Part shown: positions 35,692 through 49,512 of the stretch, one piece after another | Position numbering within the stretch: the stretch's first letter is position 1 | Layout of the letters: each line of letters begins with the position of its first letter | Assembly: GCA_951406725.2 (NCBI GenBank) | Contig: OX597817.1 | Location: 93,806,001 to 93,870,000, forward strand | Origin: Octopus vulgaris | Lineage: Eukaryota | Direction: 5' to 3' | Length of the DNA: 64,000 nt | The notes under the pieces: generated by a model | The model's input: the letters and a program-made list of their open reading frames with translations, nothing else | Told to the model about the DNA's origin: nothing | Databases searched by the model: none | Made by a program: the position numbers and the translations under genes

Positions 35692-38600
35692 TGCTCTGAT
35701 GGTTACTGTATTGAAAGTGTTCTGCATAGGATGTGTGCAGTGCCTAGTAGCGCAATTTTTTGTATGTTATATGTGTTTGTAAGTCCTGGTGTTTTTGTTA
35801 TGTATTTGTCTGAATAATTTTTATCATGCCTAATGCACCTACTATGATAGGAATTGTTTCTGTTTTTAGATTCCACATTCTGGTTACCTCTATTTCCAGG
35901 TCTTTGTATTTTGAAAGTTTCTCCATTTCTTTTAGAGACACGTTGTCATCTGCCGGTATTGATACATCAATTAGAAAGCATTTTTTTTCTTCATGATTTC
36001 TGACAACTATATCTGGTCTGTTGGCCTTAATTTCTCTATCTGTGTGTATCGGCATATCCCAGAGTATGGTTGCTTTCTCATTTTCTGTGACCTTTTCTGG
36101 TGTGTGCCTATACCATCTTTTTTCTGTTGTTATTCCATAATGTTGGCATAGCTTCCAGTGTATGTAGGTTCCAACTCTGTCATGTCTGTGAATATATTCC
36201 TTCTTAGCCAGGAATGGGCAGCCAGAGATAATATGATTTATTGTTTCTTGTCCATCTCCACATATTCTGCAGTTACTTGTTATATTTCTTTTCATTACAT
36301 GTTTTTGGTAATTTCTGGTGGGGAGGCTTTGGTCTTGTGCTGCAATTAAAAATCCCTCTGTCTCTGCTTTGAGTCCTGAGCTTCTCAACCATTGCTGGGA
36401 TTTTTCTTTGTCTATTTCTTTTGCGTTTAGTTTAGTCCACTATTTACCATGAAGGGGCTTTTCTTGCCATCGTTTTATCATGGTTCTTTGCTGTTCTATT
36501 TTTAGTTTGGATTTCATTTGTTTTATAGCTTTTGTTGTTTTCTTCTTCTTCTTCTTCTTCTTCTTCTTCTTCTTCTTCTTCTTCTTCTTCTTCTTCTTCT
36601 TCTTCTTCTTCTTCTTCTTCTTCTTCTTCTTCTTCTCCTTCTTCATATTTATTAGGTGGTATGATTTCTTGTTTGTATTTGTCAGCTTCCTTAAATATTG
36701 AGAACAGTTTTTTGTTTTGCTCGTGTTTTGCCGCTATTTGTATCAGTTTTCCTTCCTTCTGAAGTAGATATTTTTGAAGTCCTATGGTGGTTATTTTATT
36801 GTAGTTTTCCAGCTGTATAAGGCCTCTACCACCTTTTATACGTTGTATATATAGTCTTTCTATGTCAGATTTTGGGTGATGCATTCTAGATCCTGTCATT
36901 ATTTTTCTTGTTTTCCTATCTATTTTGGTCAGTTCATTTAGTGTCCAGTAAAGTATATTGTAACTGGTACGGCTAAAGTGTTAATACCTATTATCTTGTT
37001 TTTAGCATTGAGCTCTGTTTTTAGTATTGATCTAACTCGTCTATAATATTCTTTTTTTATTTTCTCTTTCATTTGTGTGTGTTGTGTCTCATCTAGTTCA
37101 TGAATTCCTAAGTATTTGTAAGTTTGGCTTTGGTCTAATTCTTTTATTTCATTGGTTTTATCTAGTGTGATGTTGCTACTATTAACTATTTTTCCTCTTT
37201 TCAGGGTTACTTTGGCGCATTTTTCTAATCCAAATTTCATATCTATTTCTTTGGTAAATCCATGAACTGTCTTTAATAGTGTTTCCAGCTGTTTGTCATT
37301 TGCAGCGTATAGTTTTAGGTCATCTATATATAAAAGGTGGCTGATCGTTTTGCCGTAACATTTATATCCGCATCCAGTTCTATTTAGCATATCAGATAGA
37401 GGTGACAGTGCTAAGCAGAAAAGGAGTGGAAAGAGCGTGTCTCCCTGGAATATTCCTCTTCTAATGGGGATGGCTTTGGTTTTCATGAGTCCCTCTTTTG
37501 TTTGGAGCTGTAGCACTGTTTGCCATTTATTCATAGAGTGCCCTATGAATTTTATAATTGTTGGCGCTACTTTGTTAATGGCTAGTGTTTCGAGGATCCA
37601 TGTGTGGGGGATGCTATCAAACGCCTTTTTGTAGTCGATCCAGGCCATACTGAGGCCTTTCTTCTTTCTGTGGCTGTCTTCAGTTATGGCTTTATTAATC
37701 ATTAGTTGATTTTTACAGCCATATGAGCCTTTGCGGCATCCTTTCTGCTCTTCTGGAAACAGGTTGTTTTCGTCAAGGTGCTTGTTCAGCCTTTGCGATG
37801 TCACTGCAGTAAATGCCTTGTACATTGTAGGGAGATAGGTTATTGGTCTGTAGTTTTCTGGTTTTGCTGTCTCATTTGATTTGGGAATTAAGATGGTTTT
37901 CCTTCGTGAGCCATTCAGGCATTGTCTCTGGCTCTGCTAGTATGTTGTTAAAGTTTTCAGCCAGCTTTTTGTGCATTCCTGTTAGATATTTCAACCAGAA
38001 GTTGGGGATCTTGTCATGCCCAGGTGCCTTCCAGTTGCTTAGTCTTTGCAGTGCCTGGGTGGCCTCTTCAGTTGTTATGGGGGTCCAAAGTTGCTCAGAT
38101 GCTGAGTTTGTTGTTTTAATACTCCTTTTTTTTAGTTGATCGTTCGCCGACCATATTTCTCTCCAGAATTCTTCCACTTCTTCTGCCGTTGGTGCTGCAG
38201 TGATTTCTATTTTATTTTTGCCAAGTTCTTGGTAGAACTTTTGGGATTGGAGTTGAACTTTTTGTTTTGTTCAAAGAAGCGCTGGCGTTTCTCGTACCGG
38301 CGGATCCTTTGTGCTTTGGCAAGGATATCTTGCTTCGGCTTTTCTTTTATCTCAAGTACATCTTTTTCTGTGATGTTATATTTGCGGAGTATTTTTGTTT
38401 TCTTTTTGTTGCTCAGTAGCGTTGATTGTCTACTGATTTTATTAAGAATCGACAGATCTTTTCTCCTTTTTTGTATTTTGTTTTGGATGTTATTTACCCA
38501 CAGGGTTTGTTTGGGTGGTGGTACTCCTGTTTGGATGGGTTTGAGTGAGAATCCAGCTTCTTTTGTGGCTGCAGTGGCTGCTGCGTATACTAAGTCATTT

Positions 38601-39510
38601 AGCTCAGTGATATCGCTTTTCGTTTCAGTGGCTATTAGTTCCGTGACGGCTAGGTTTATGCTGTTTATAATTGGAGTTGTTGTTTAGTCTATTTTGATTT
38701 TTGGGAGGTATGGTCGGTGGTCCATTTTGAGCTCTGTGGTTTTCAGGTCTTTGACTATTTTACTTTTTATATTATCATAATAATTAGGCTCCCCTTCGTT
38801 GTTTCCAGGTTTTAGATTTGTGTCGCTTTCTTTCTTATTTATATGTTTGTTTGCTGTGTTTTGGCTTGCTGTTTGTCGTGTATTATTATGCATCCTTACG
38901 GTCTGGGTTTGTTGTTTTTTGTTTACATCGTGTTTTACTGTTTCAGTGTTTATATTATTGGGCATTGTTGTGTGGCTTCTATCTACATTTTCCTGGTGTA
39001 TTTTTTCTTTTAGATGTTCTATTTCTATTTCTGATATGTTTTTGCGTTGAGAATGTATCTTCGTACGTTAGCTAGCTTATTAGGGTTCATTGCTGTATCC
39101 AAGTCTATATTTATGTTATTTTCCTTCCATATTTTATATGTATGTGTTGTTGTGTTTTCATTTTTTGGGTAGAGCACTGCTGTGAAGTATGCGTGTAGGA
39201 TAGAAATGTATTCCTCACGTGTCCATTTATGTCTTTTGGGTTTTATTTGCGGGACATGAGGAACAACGTCCGGCCCATTATTTTGATGGTCGTCATTTTC
39301 GTAGGGTACCGGTCCGTTCATTTCTGTTGTCACATTGTTTTGCACATGTAGTTTTTCGTACATTCTGTGTTGTAAGTTGTAAGTTGTAAGTTGTACGTAC
39401 TTCCCGATTGTTATTCTTGGGTTGAATAATATCGGTGGTATTTAATTTCTTCGTAGTTCCTTTGTGCATGGTGTTTGGGGTCGGGGATGATCTGGTGTTG
39501 ATGGATCGTA
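35692..39510 (-). mobile_element. R4/Dong-clade non-LTR retrotransposon (RT + restriction-like endonuclease), near full length, frameshifted
   Basis: N-terminal KWTREEY; RT GIFQGD..PLLF and YIDDLKL; CRICGDGQETINHIISGC knuckle; RHD and RPDIV..D..K..KY RLE motifs. Stop at 35703-35705. 5' end abuts (TAA)n. Confidence 0.9.
36541..36634. repeat. (TTC)n microsatellite inside the Dong ORF (poly-Glu on the element strand)
   Basis: About 31 TTC units. Confidence 0.95.
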
Positions 39511-39552
39511 ATGTTATTATTATTATTATTATTATTATTATCATTATTATTA

Positions 39553-39616
<64 letters not shown>

Positions 39617-39621
39617 CATTA

Positions 39622-39667
<46 letters not shown>

Positions 39668-39674
39668 CATTATT

Positions 39675-39728
<54 letters not shown>

Positions 39729-39753
39729 GTTGTTGTTGTTGTTGTTGTTATTA

Positions 39754-39827
<74 letters not shown>

Positions 39828-39879
39828 GTTATTATTATTATTATTATTGTTATTATTATCATTATCATTATTATTATTA

Positions 39880-39926
<47 letters not shown>

Positions 39927-39927
39927 G
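39511..39927. repeat. Compound (ATT/ATC/GTT)n microsatellite, ~415 bp
   Basis: Read directly from sequence. Confidence 0.97.
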
Positions 39928-40882
39928 AATGAAAGAGCAAAGCACGCCATCAAAGTGACTCTTAGATACAAATATACGAAGCCCAGTGTATCCATCATGA
40001 CTACTCCTCTGATAAGTGTACACCAGGCACATGCAACACAACCATATGTGCGCGACATTGTGGTCTCATATCAAGATAAACAGCGCATGACCTTGCAAGT
40101 GGGGCCCAGTTAAAGTTTTCTTCAGGTCGAGTAGCCCACCCCGCTCAAAATATCCCTGAATAAGGTTTGTTTAAAAATGATGAACGGAACAGCCATGTTC
40201 CCAGAGGGGAATTATTTAAAGTCCAAAGAATTCCTCTAAACACATGGCTATGATGCTCCCCCACTGATCTTGCTCGTGACCAGTGGTGCACATATTGTCA
40301 ACTACTTAAGAACAAACTCAGCTGGTCAAGGTGAAGCAACTGCAAACAAATATATGATATTAAGCAGAATATTTGCTTGCAGCTCATCTTTTACACCAAG
40401 ATGAAACATGTACATGATAACACTTCCAATCAGTTATGATCAGATGCCACGAGAACATTACCTTGTACTGCATCAGGGCATTTATTATTATTATTGCACG
40501 ACATGGTGATCTTATATCAAGATAAACAGGTGGAGCCCAGTTAGAATTTTCTTCAGTTTGAGTAGCCCATCCCACCCAAAAGGCTCCTGAGTAAGGTTTG
40601 TTTAAGGATGATGAATGAAACACCCATGTTTCCTATGATGAATTATACAAATCCCTAAAAAAGTCCTCTCAACACATGGCTATTATGTTCTCCACTACTA
40701 CCGCTTGTGATCACAGATGCACATATTGTCATCCACCAAGGGAGATGCTCAACTGGTCAAGATCAAACAACTGATAAGAAAATCTGTGGTATTGAGCAGA
40801 ATATTTGCTGTAGCCCATCTTTTATATACCAGGACAAAACATGTAGTTGATAACACTTCCAATCAGTTAAGATCAGAAGCCA
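39928..40882 (+). repeat. Two diverged head-to-tail copies of a non-coding interspersed repeat (~39928-40495 and truncated ~40496-40882)
   Basis: Shared blocks ATATCAAGATAAACAG, GAGTAGCCCA, TAAGGTTTGTTTAA, GCAGAATATTTGCT and GATAACACTTCCAATCAGTTA. Bounded by ATT/AAT tracts. Strand is uncertain. Confidence 0.75.
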
Positions 40883-41100
<218 letters not shown>

Positions 41101-41104
<4 letters not shown>

Positions 41105-43525
41105 GTTGGAAGTTCATGTTGGCGTTATGCCTAGGGTGCTATATATTTGGTTTTGTACATAGTGTTGTTCTAGAGAATGTTTAAGAAACCATAAAAAAAT
41201 CATGTTTGTTTTTAAATTTGAGATTACATAGAAAGTATTTTGCGTAGGATATGAGCAGTTCCCATGGGCACTATCTTTTGAATTTCTGCAATTTTGGGGT
41301 TTCCTGGTATCTGAGCTAGGTAGCAATCAGCCCCCTTTGCTATCATTCCCAGGGCATCTATGACAACAGGTATTCTTTTAGTCTTCAGGTTCCACATTTT
41401 GCTCATTTCTATTTCAAGATCTCTATACTTGCTTGGTTTTTGGTAGGTCTTGACAGATACTTTTATATCGGTTGGGACAGTCATATCCATGAGGAGGCAT
41501 GATTTTCGTCTGAAGTCTTTCAAAATGATGTCTAGCCTATTTACATCTATCTTTCTATCAGTTTGAATGGTGAAGTTCCAGAGGAGTGAGATGTAATCAT
41601 TTTCAAGCACTGGAGGTGTTTTGTGTTCCCACCAGTTTTTATCATGGGGCAAGTCCAGGTTTTTGCAAATTACCCAGTGAATATATTGTGCAGCTCTATC
41701 ATGCCTGTTGAGATACTCTGTAGGCGCTAGAAGACTGCACTTGGAGACAACATGATCAATGGTTTCATTTTGTTGTTGAAATACACGACATGTTGGGCTA
41801 CTGCCGTTCTTTAATACGTTGGCCTGGTAGAAGACCTTGTGGGTAAGTATTGATCTTGGGCTGCTATGATAAACCCTTCTGTTTCAGATTTTAAGCCAGA
41901 AGCCATTAGCCATTGATGGGTAAGTGTTTTGTCAACATCGGCATTATTCGCTCTCTTTGGGTATTTGCCATTAAGAGGTTTTTCTTGCCACTTATCAGTC
42001 AGAATATCTAAGGCAGCAGTTTTAGCACAGGTTTTCATGCGTTTAACTTTTTCTGCGCTTGTTTCTCGTATGTCTAATTCCGGAATTTATTGTATTTGGA
42101 ATTCACTTAGATATTCCTTTGCCTGTTTTGTTACTGAGTATGATGCTTTCTTATTTCCATGTTTTGAGACAAGTTTTAACATCTAGTCCCCAGAGTTTTT
42201 CAGGTATGTGTCTAGGCCAATTGTGGCAATCCTCATTGTTAATCTCAGTTGTAAAAGTCCACGGCCTCCCTCTTTTCTTGGCATATAAAGTCATTCTACA
42301 TCTGCCTTAGGGTGGTGCATTCTATGCATTGTCAACAGTTTTTGTATTTTTCTGTCAAGATTACATATTTCAGTAATTGACCAGTTAATGATATTGAAAC
42401 TATAAGTCACGACTTGTATGGCTAAAGCATACTTTGCTCTCACCCTGCGATAGCATTCTCTCCTGATCCTTTCCTTCATCATTGAATGCCTGATTCCTTC
42501 CCCTTCAAGTATCCCTAGGTATTTGTAGCTGTCCGCTGGTTCTAAATCGTTTATGACATTCTGCTTCTCAAGGTTTACGTTAGATGTTCCTATCATTTTT
42601 CCTTTGATAAAGGTAGCTTTTGAACATTTATCGAAGCCAAACTGCATTCTGATGTCATCACTGAATTGTTTAACAATTGCTGGTCATTTTTTGCAAAGAG
42701 CTTTAAATCATCCATGTAAATGTGATGATTTATACCTTTATCAAACATTTTATAACCGTACTGTGCATCATTGAGCAATTTTGAGAGAGGTATTGAGGCT
42801 AGAGAAAAGAGGAGTGGTGATAGTGAGTCACCCTGGAAAATGCCACATGAAATTCTTACATCCCCAGCATTTAGAGATTCATTGTCACTGTTCAAAGTCA
42901 GTGTGGTTCTCCATGATCTCATACTTACTGACAAAAAGTTTCGCAGAGTAGGAGCTATTTTATACATTTCCAGACATTTCTTAATCCAACTATGTGGTAG
43001 GCTATCAAAAGCTTTTTTTATAGCCTATTCAGGCTATTGGCAAATTTTTGTGTCGTTGTGACAATCTTCTAAGATCATCTTATTGATGAGTAACTGGTCT
43101 TTACGACCATAGGATCCACGTTTACATCTTTTTTTCTCATTAGGGAATATGCTGCGTTCTATTAAAAAACTATAGGTATATTCAGTCAGGACAGATGTTA
43201 GCATTTTATAAGTGTTGTTAAGCAGGTTTATGGGTCTATAATTCTTTGGTTCATTTGTTTCTTCATTTTTTGGAAGATGGAATGTTAAACCATTAACTAG
43301 CCAAAAGGGCATCATACAAAACTTCGTTGTAAAGTTCTGTTAGCAGTTCATGGCTCTCAGGGAAGGCATTCAACCACAAGTTAGGAATTTTATCCTTTCC
43401 TGGAAACTTCTATATGCTTGATCTCCTGAGAGCAGATCTTATATCTTCTACCTTGATATCCTTCCACTTTTGCTCCTCTAAGGAGTGTAAGTCTGTACAT
43501 ATTCTGTCAATCCAAGGGGCCTTTT
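41101..43525 (-). mobile_element. R4/Dong element, 5'-truncated, degenerate
   Basis: GIFQGDSLSPLLF, YMDDLKLF, SGLKSETEGFIIAAQDQ, TDRKIDVNRLDII and KYRDLEIE motifs in fragmented ORFs. Confidence 0.88.
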
Positions 43526-43572
43526 CTTCATCATCATCATCATCATCGTCGTTGTTGTCGTTGTTGTTGTTG

Positions 43573-43611
<39 letters not shown>
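43526..43611. repeat. Compound (TCA)(GTT)(ATT)n microsatellite
   Basis: Read directly from sequence. Confidence 0.95.
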
Positions 43612-43612
<1 letters not shown>

Positions 43613-43614
43613 TT

Positions 43615-44775
43615 CATCTACTACCGCCTCTCCATCGTGCCCTGTCTCAGTTGGAGTCGAACCAAACTGGAGCGCCTACTATTCCGCTTTCCGTGGAAGT
43701 GACGCGTTCCAATGGTCAGGAGCTCCATTTGCTGCTAACACTCGCTAAATAGATGGCTGGACATGCCGTGGCTATTGATGCGCAGACATGCGTTGAGCTT
43801 GTGGCATCTCCAGCTCTTCTTATACGGTGAGCTGGTGTGGTCGCTATATGTCAGATGCAATTTCCCATAGCTTGCCTTTTTGCCTAAGCTGTAGAGCTGG
43901 ATCAAGGGTAGACCGAGGAAGGACTCCTGGCACCTAGAGTGTCGCCAGGCGCTCACACTCTTCTGTCAGCTGGGCAATGCGGTCAATGGAAATTCTACAA
44001 TGGCGTTCTATAGCGGGTTAATGGCGGGTAAGTGCGACGACGTTCTCGGGGGGACTGGGCATCGACAAGAACGAGTTGGTTGATTTGTTCCGGAGAACTT
44101 CGGACCGGGGCCTATGGATAATTTCCAGAAATCCTTGACCTGGCAGTGCTACCGAGTGGGGGATACTACCTGTTCGAGATAAACGCTACAGTCAACCGAG
44201 CTTGCCCGAGATGCGCGCTGAGTGACGAAACCGTTCTGCAGGCTCTCGTCCAATGCTCGAGAATTTCTGACTCGGGTGTAAGACGAATCCGGTTATCGGC
44301 TGAGTCCGTTGTGAGGGTATCCCCTTGGCTGTTTTTCTTTGTCTGGTGGCCTTAGCGAAAGAGGTTGTGTGGTGGACCAGGTTGAAAGGGCTGAAGACAT
44401 ACTTTCCTCTTTAAACAAGTCCTCATCAACATTTGTAAATTTCACTTGAAAAGTAAAGTGAGGGTGGAGAGTGAAGTTCTTTCTCCTAGCTATTTTGTCA
44501 AAAGGTGGGTGAATGTCGCAAGACAGTGAATGGGCCTACTTTAAGTGTGCGTCTGTAGACAAAGCAGAAAGGGCACTGGTGGTCTGGTGATCAGGACTGC
44601 TGTAGACTTGTGGGGTTTTCACGAGCAGTCCTAGGAGGTTTCCCTCTTTTGGGGAATTTCCTTGTTATATTCGATTATTGGTTTTTACCCGACTTTCAAT
44701 AACCCCACATTGTATTTGTCCTGTGTTGTCCATAATGTTTTTTTTATGTAAACACTTTGCGGTTAATAAATACAT
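43615..44775 (+). mobile_element. 5'-truncated, decayed Tx1 element of a related family (ORF2 C-terminus + 3' UTR)
   Basis: Aligns by eye to array ORF2 from IYYRL through MPWLLMRRHA, GPMDNFQ and RACPRC..DETVL. Ends AATAAA then (ATT)n. Confidence 0.88.
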
Positions 44776-44788
44776 CATTATTCTCATA

Positions 44789-44932
<144 letters not shown>

Positions 44933-45605
44933 TACTTTTGATCTGCATGTTTGTTACAGTCACCTGCCGAGACATACCCAGTGTCCTGGGCGAGTGAAGG
45001 ATAAGAGATGTTACATTATGACTGAAAGCTTGGGAGAGGAAGTAGTGAAATACCTTCATGTACTACAACACAGACATTTTAATGTATAGGGTTTTTCTGA
45101 GGACGCGGGCAGTACTTGTCATCTGCGTACTACATTGCCTACAAAGTTTCTCCATGAAATTCAAGTTTGTACTATGAGGTTATTGTTTGGGTTGAGTTGG
45201 GCTGTATAGAAAGAGACGCACGCGCGCGTCTATATTCCTCTCTATTCCATTTTATGCATTTTGCTTTAGGTGATGTTTTTGGTGGCGTCACTACAGATCT
45301 AGGGTTAGGGTTATCCTGGATCTGGTTAACTAGTAGATGTTTTTTTATTTGTGAGTTTGTTCCCGCAGCAGTCGTTTCGACCCCAGTCTGACTCCTCATT
45401 GAGTAACGTGGTCCTTGTCATTAAAGCATTAACAGTAATAATAGGAGACCGGCCTGTTTGTTCAGAGTTGACTTTTGATCTGACACTGCTTCTTTGTTCT
45501 TCGAATGGATATATTTATCATACCGTAGGCTGGTAGATCGGAAATCGCCTCTATTTTTTTGTGGTAGCAATGTTTCCGAGCATAACTGTTTGGATATGTT
45601 TTAAA
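44933..45605 (-). mobile_element. Internally deleted Dong derivative (N-terminal region joined to ORF end + 3' UTR)
   Basis: KCIKWNREEY resembles the Dong N-terminal KRHKWTREEY. 45050-45130 (minus) matches 58330-58400, and 44933-45035 (minus) matches 60366-60472. Confidence 0.65.
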
Positions 45606-45608
45606 CAG

Positions 45609-45712
45609 TCTTCTTCTTCTTCTTCTTCTTCTTCTTCTTCTTCTTCTTCTTCTTCTTCTTCTTCTTCTTCTTCTTCTTCTTCTTCTTCTTCTTCTTCTTC
45701 TTCTTCTTCTTC
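45609..45712. repeat. (TTC)n microsatellite
   Basis: Read directly from sequence. Confidence 0.97.
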
Positions 45713-45721
45713 TCATTATTA

Positions 45722-46960
45722 TTACTTATTGCCTTTGCACAGCTTCTAACTCTGGAAATGTATTACGGTGCCAGCTGTTCACTACCAGTGAATTGAGGTA
45801 ACACTCCTTATTTTTTCAGCACCATCTGGAGTATTCAAGCGGTTCCAAGCAGTGCTGTTTTCTACAAGTGATCCACCCTTATTGCAGCCCTTATTTGTTC
45901 CATGTACTTCTCAAGATTTTTACTCACTGCTCCCAGGGCTCCGACAATTATTGGTACTACTACCATCTTTTTCATTGACCACAACTGCTTAACCTCCCAA
46001 GCTAACCTGTCATATCTATCGATTGCTTCCTTATCACATACCTTGTTGTCAGCTGGGCATGCTATATCTATGATTCGGCATCGTTTGCTTTCTTTCTCAA
46101 TTAACACCATGCCTGGTTTCCTATTCTCTATTTCATGGTCGCACTGAATCATAAAATCCCATAGGATCCCTGCATTATCATTTTCAATGATATCTTCGGG
46201 TTCATGTTCGTATCAATTTTTTGCTGTCAAATCCATACTTGTTGCAAAGTGTTCAATGGACAAGCCTTGCTATATTGTCATGATGTCTCTTATATTCTTT
46301 CTTGGCTAGTGGCGTACATTGACTGGTAATATACCATACGGTTTCACCATTTTGACCCCAAATTCTGTAATTATCACTTTCTGATGTGTTGTCTATTCTG
46401 CATTTGATGTAATTGATTCTTAATGCCTGCTCTTAGGTAGCACAGAGATTATAGTCCCCGTTTCCGGTTTTAAATCACTCTTAGTCATCCATAGGCATCT
46501 TTTTTTTTCTGTCTGTCTTATTTTCAACATCCCTATGAAATTGTCCATGCATTCTTTTCTTTATCCACCTATTTTCAATTTCATTCATTCTCAAGTGCTT
46601 GCACAGTACATTATCTTTGCAATCTTCCATCCTACAAAAGTCTGACCCTCTTACTTCCAATAATAGTGGTTCTGTGGCATTTTTACATATTGTGCTATGC
46701 TGTTTTCTTCTGCTCTAATGCTCTGTTCGCATCCAATCAGTCCTCTTCCCCCTCTTTTTCTTGGTACATACAGTCTGTTTGTGTCACTTGTTGGATAGAG
46801 TATCCCATATCTAGTCAGTAACTTCCTTATCTTTCTGACTAAGTTGTTTAGTTCATCTACTGTCCATACGATTACCCTCGCTCCATATCCTAGTAGTGAA
46901 ACTGCTCAGGTGTTGATAGCGTCAATTTCAAACCTGGTTTCTTATTCCTAAGGTATTTTT
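45722..46960 (-). mobile_element. R4/Dong element 3' portion, degenerate
   Basis: IQCDHEIENRKPGMVL..IIDIACPAD..YDRL..VPIIVGALG RLE region. TAA tail at its 3' end and (TAA)n at its 5' flank. Confidence 0.85.
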
Positions 46961-46963
46961 CGA

Positions 46964-46964
<1 letters not shown>

Positions 46965-47033
<69 letters not shown>

Positions 47034-47057
47034 GCTATTGTTATTGTTCAACAACAA

Positions 47058-47088
<31 letters not shown>

Positions 47089-47090
47089 GA
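46965..47090. repeat. (ATT)n followed by (CAA)n microsatellite
   Basis: Read directly from sequence. Confidence 0.95.
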
Positions 47091-47217
47091 CAGTAAATTT
47101 TTCTGTCATTATTATTATTATTCCTAACCACGTAAACAAATCAACACCGGTTGTCAAGCGGTGATGCAGGACAAACACATACATCCCCTATGTTTCTGTG
47201 TGTTTGTGCATTGGTGC

Positions 47218-47268
<51 letters not shown>

Positions 47269-47439
47269 TTCGATGCGCATGGTATTTTATTACGGCGCCG
47301 CCGTGACTTACAATCCTGTAAATAATAATAATTAAAGCTTATGATGATCACCGTGCAATGACTAAGGAAAATAGTCTAATAAAGGGGCATGTAAGCCCTC
47401 GACAGAAAAAAAGAAGGCTTCCCTAACCAGTTTCCTTTT

Positions 47440-47568
47440 AATAAATCCACCTACAAGGATTTGGTCAGCTCGTGACTAGAGGAGATGACACTTGCACAAG
47501 GTGCCATGCAGTCGGACTGAACTGGAGATGTGTGATTGGGAAGGAAACTTCTTACCACACAGTCACGC
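47440..47568 (-). mobile_element. tRNA-derived SINE, 5' part
   Basis: Minus strand reads GGCGTGACTGTGTGGTAAGAAG...CCAGTTCAGTCCGACTGCATGGCACCTTG, with A-box-like and B-box-like motifs. Resembles octopus SINE heads as I recall them. Confidence 0.65.
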
Positions 47569-48315
47569 CACGGATATTTTCTACAGAAAATATCTCGTAC
47601 TGATATAGTTAAAAAAGAATCCGAATTTTATGACTGCATTGCTGTTGAAAAATGAAATCAAAACCCGAATAGGCGTTCGCAACACATTCCCTACACAGTC
47701 TTCATTGATAATCTGTTCCTGTAGAAATTCAATGACATTATCATGATAGATGTCATTCATTATGAATGTGACATTGAGACATTGAGACATTGAGACATTG
47801 ATGTTCATGCTTAGTAAAAGATCGAAAGAATTATCACAACCGAAAATTAATTTTGACTTTTAATTTGTCATTTCTTAAAGTCCGCAGTGAATTGTCCGAT
47901 AATTAGCTACTAGACAGCATTCATCTTCAACGATCTTACGAACCAGAACTTATCCATAATATAAACAGATGGAACGAAAGTAACTAAATGCTACATGGTA
48001 TTTTATTTAAAGGTATTATGTATGAAAAGACGTGTTAATAAATAATGCACACGTATCTATTGCAGTTGAGACGGATATAGAAGTTAACTTTAAAAAAAGA
48101 ACACTTCGTATGGCTAGAAATAGAAATCACATTAGACGGAATTATAATTGACGTAACGGGAAGCTAAGGATTTCTTTTGCACAACTTGGGTTATTCCCTT
48201 AAATCCTACTAATTATTATCTTAAATATTCTCTCCAGCACATTCACGTCTTTTGGACTACTTTTGAACTTTTGAAACCTGATTTAACAGATTTTTCCATA
48301 TTTTCCTTCTACACG

Positions 48316-48319
<4 letters not shown>

Positions 48320-48387
<68 letters not shown>

Positions 48388-48432
48388 ACATACATACAAA
48401 CACACACCACACACACATACACATACACACAG

Positions 48433-48463
<31 letters not shown>
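48320..48463. repeat. (CA)n microsatellite
   Basis: Read directly from sequence. Confidence 0.95.
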
Positions 48464-48464
<1 letters not shown>

Positions 48465-48989
48465 TTTACTATTTGTTTATATATGACTTCAGAAGAAACT
48501 TAACGTGTCAGTTATTGAGATAACCATTCAATAGATATTAAGTGCTTATCGTTAAACGTCCTTGAAAATAACCTAATTTTAACTTTTCTACGTACAAACA
48601 TACATACGTACATATTGGTAATTGTACACACAAACACACAAGTATATGTGCATATATATATTTATATATACGTATACATCCACACATATATGTTTTTTAC
48701 GCACGTTATGTATAAAACATCGAACAATGAAGGATTACTCAATGCATTTCAATGAAAGATCACATTTATCATACAAGGAAAAGCTTGACATTGACTTTAA
48801 ACTTTCAATGGTAGTTGGCTTCGTTAGAGAGTATGTGTGTGTGTGTTTGTGACTTCGTGAGTGTGTGTGTCTGTATGTGTGTGCCTCTATGTTTGTGTGT
48901 ATGAGTATATACATATATAGTTGAAATTTACAGAAAAACAAAAGACAAATCAGGTGTATAAACAAGCAGGTATATATATATAATTTCAT

Positions 48990-49053
48990 AAATAAAATAT
49001 ATGCATACATACATACATATATGTACGTACCTACATCTATATGTATATATACA

Positions 49054-49117
<64 letters not shown>

Positions 49118-49454
49118 TACAGGACACCACAAATAAACGTAGAACACAACGAGAAACGAATGCTTTTACGCCCTGTTCTTGTCACTTTTTTTCTTTCCTT
49201 GTTTTACCCCTCTGCAAAAGAATTTTGCAGGTAGGACTGTTTCGACCGGATCGTGTTCTGTCCTTACCTTCGAAACACGCATTGAGTCGAACCAGGAATA
49301 GCTGATGAAGAGGAATATTCCTTGTATTGTTTGTCTTGTACTGTTTTTTCGTTGTTAAAAAAAGTCCGTTTCCTAGTTTGTTTTTATGTTTTCGTTTCTC
49401 GTTGTGTTCTACGTTTATTTGTGGTGTCCTGTACTCATATATATATATATATAA

Positions 49455-49512
<58 letters not shown>

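Noticed and set aside
45300-45313. TAGGGTTAGGGTTA telomere-like motif
   Set aside because: Only about two units inside a Dong remnant; expected by chance.
49265-49325. CTTCGAAAC...CTGATGAAG as a permuted hammerhead
   Set aside because: Stems I and III cannot be paired convincingly, and the second copy has CTGAGGAAG without restoring the pairing.
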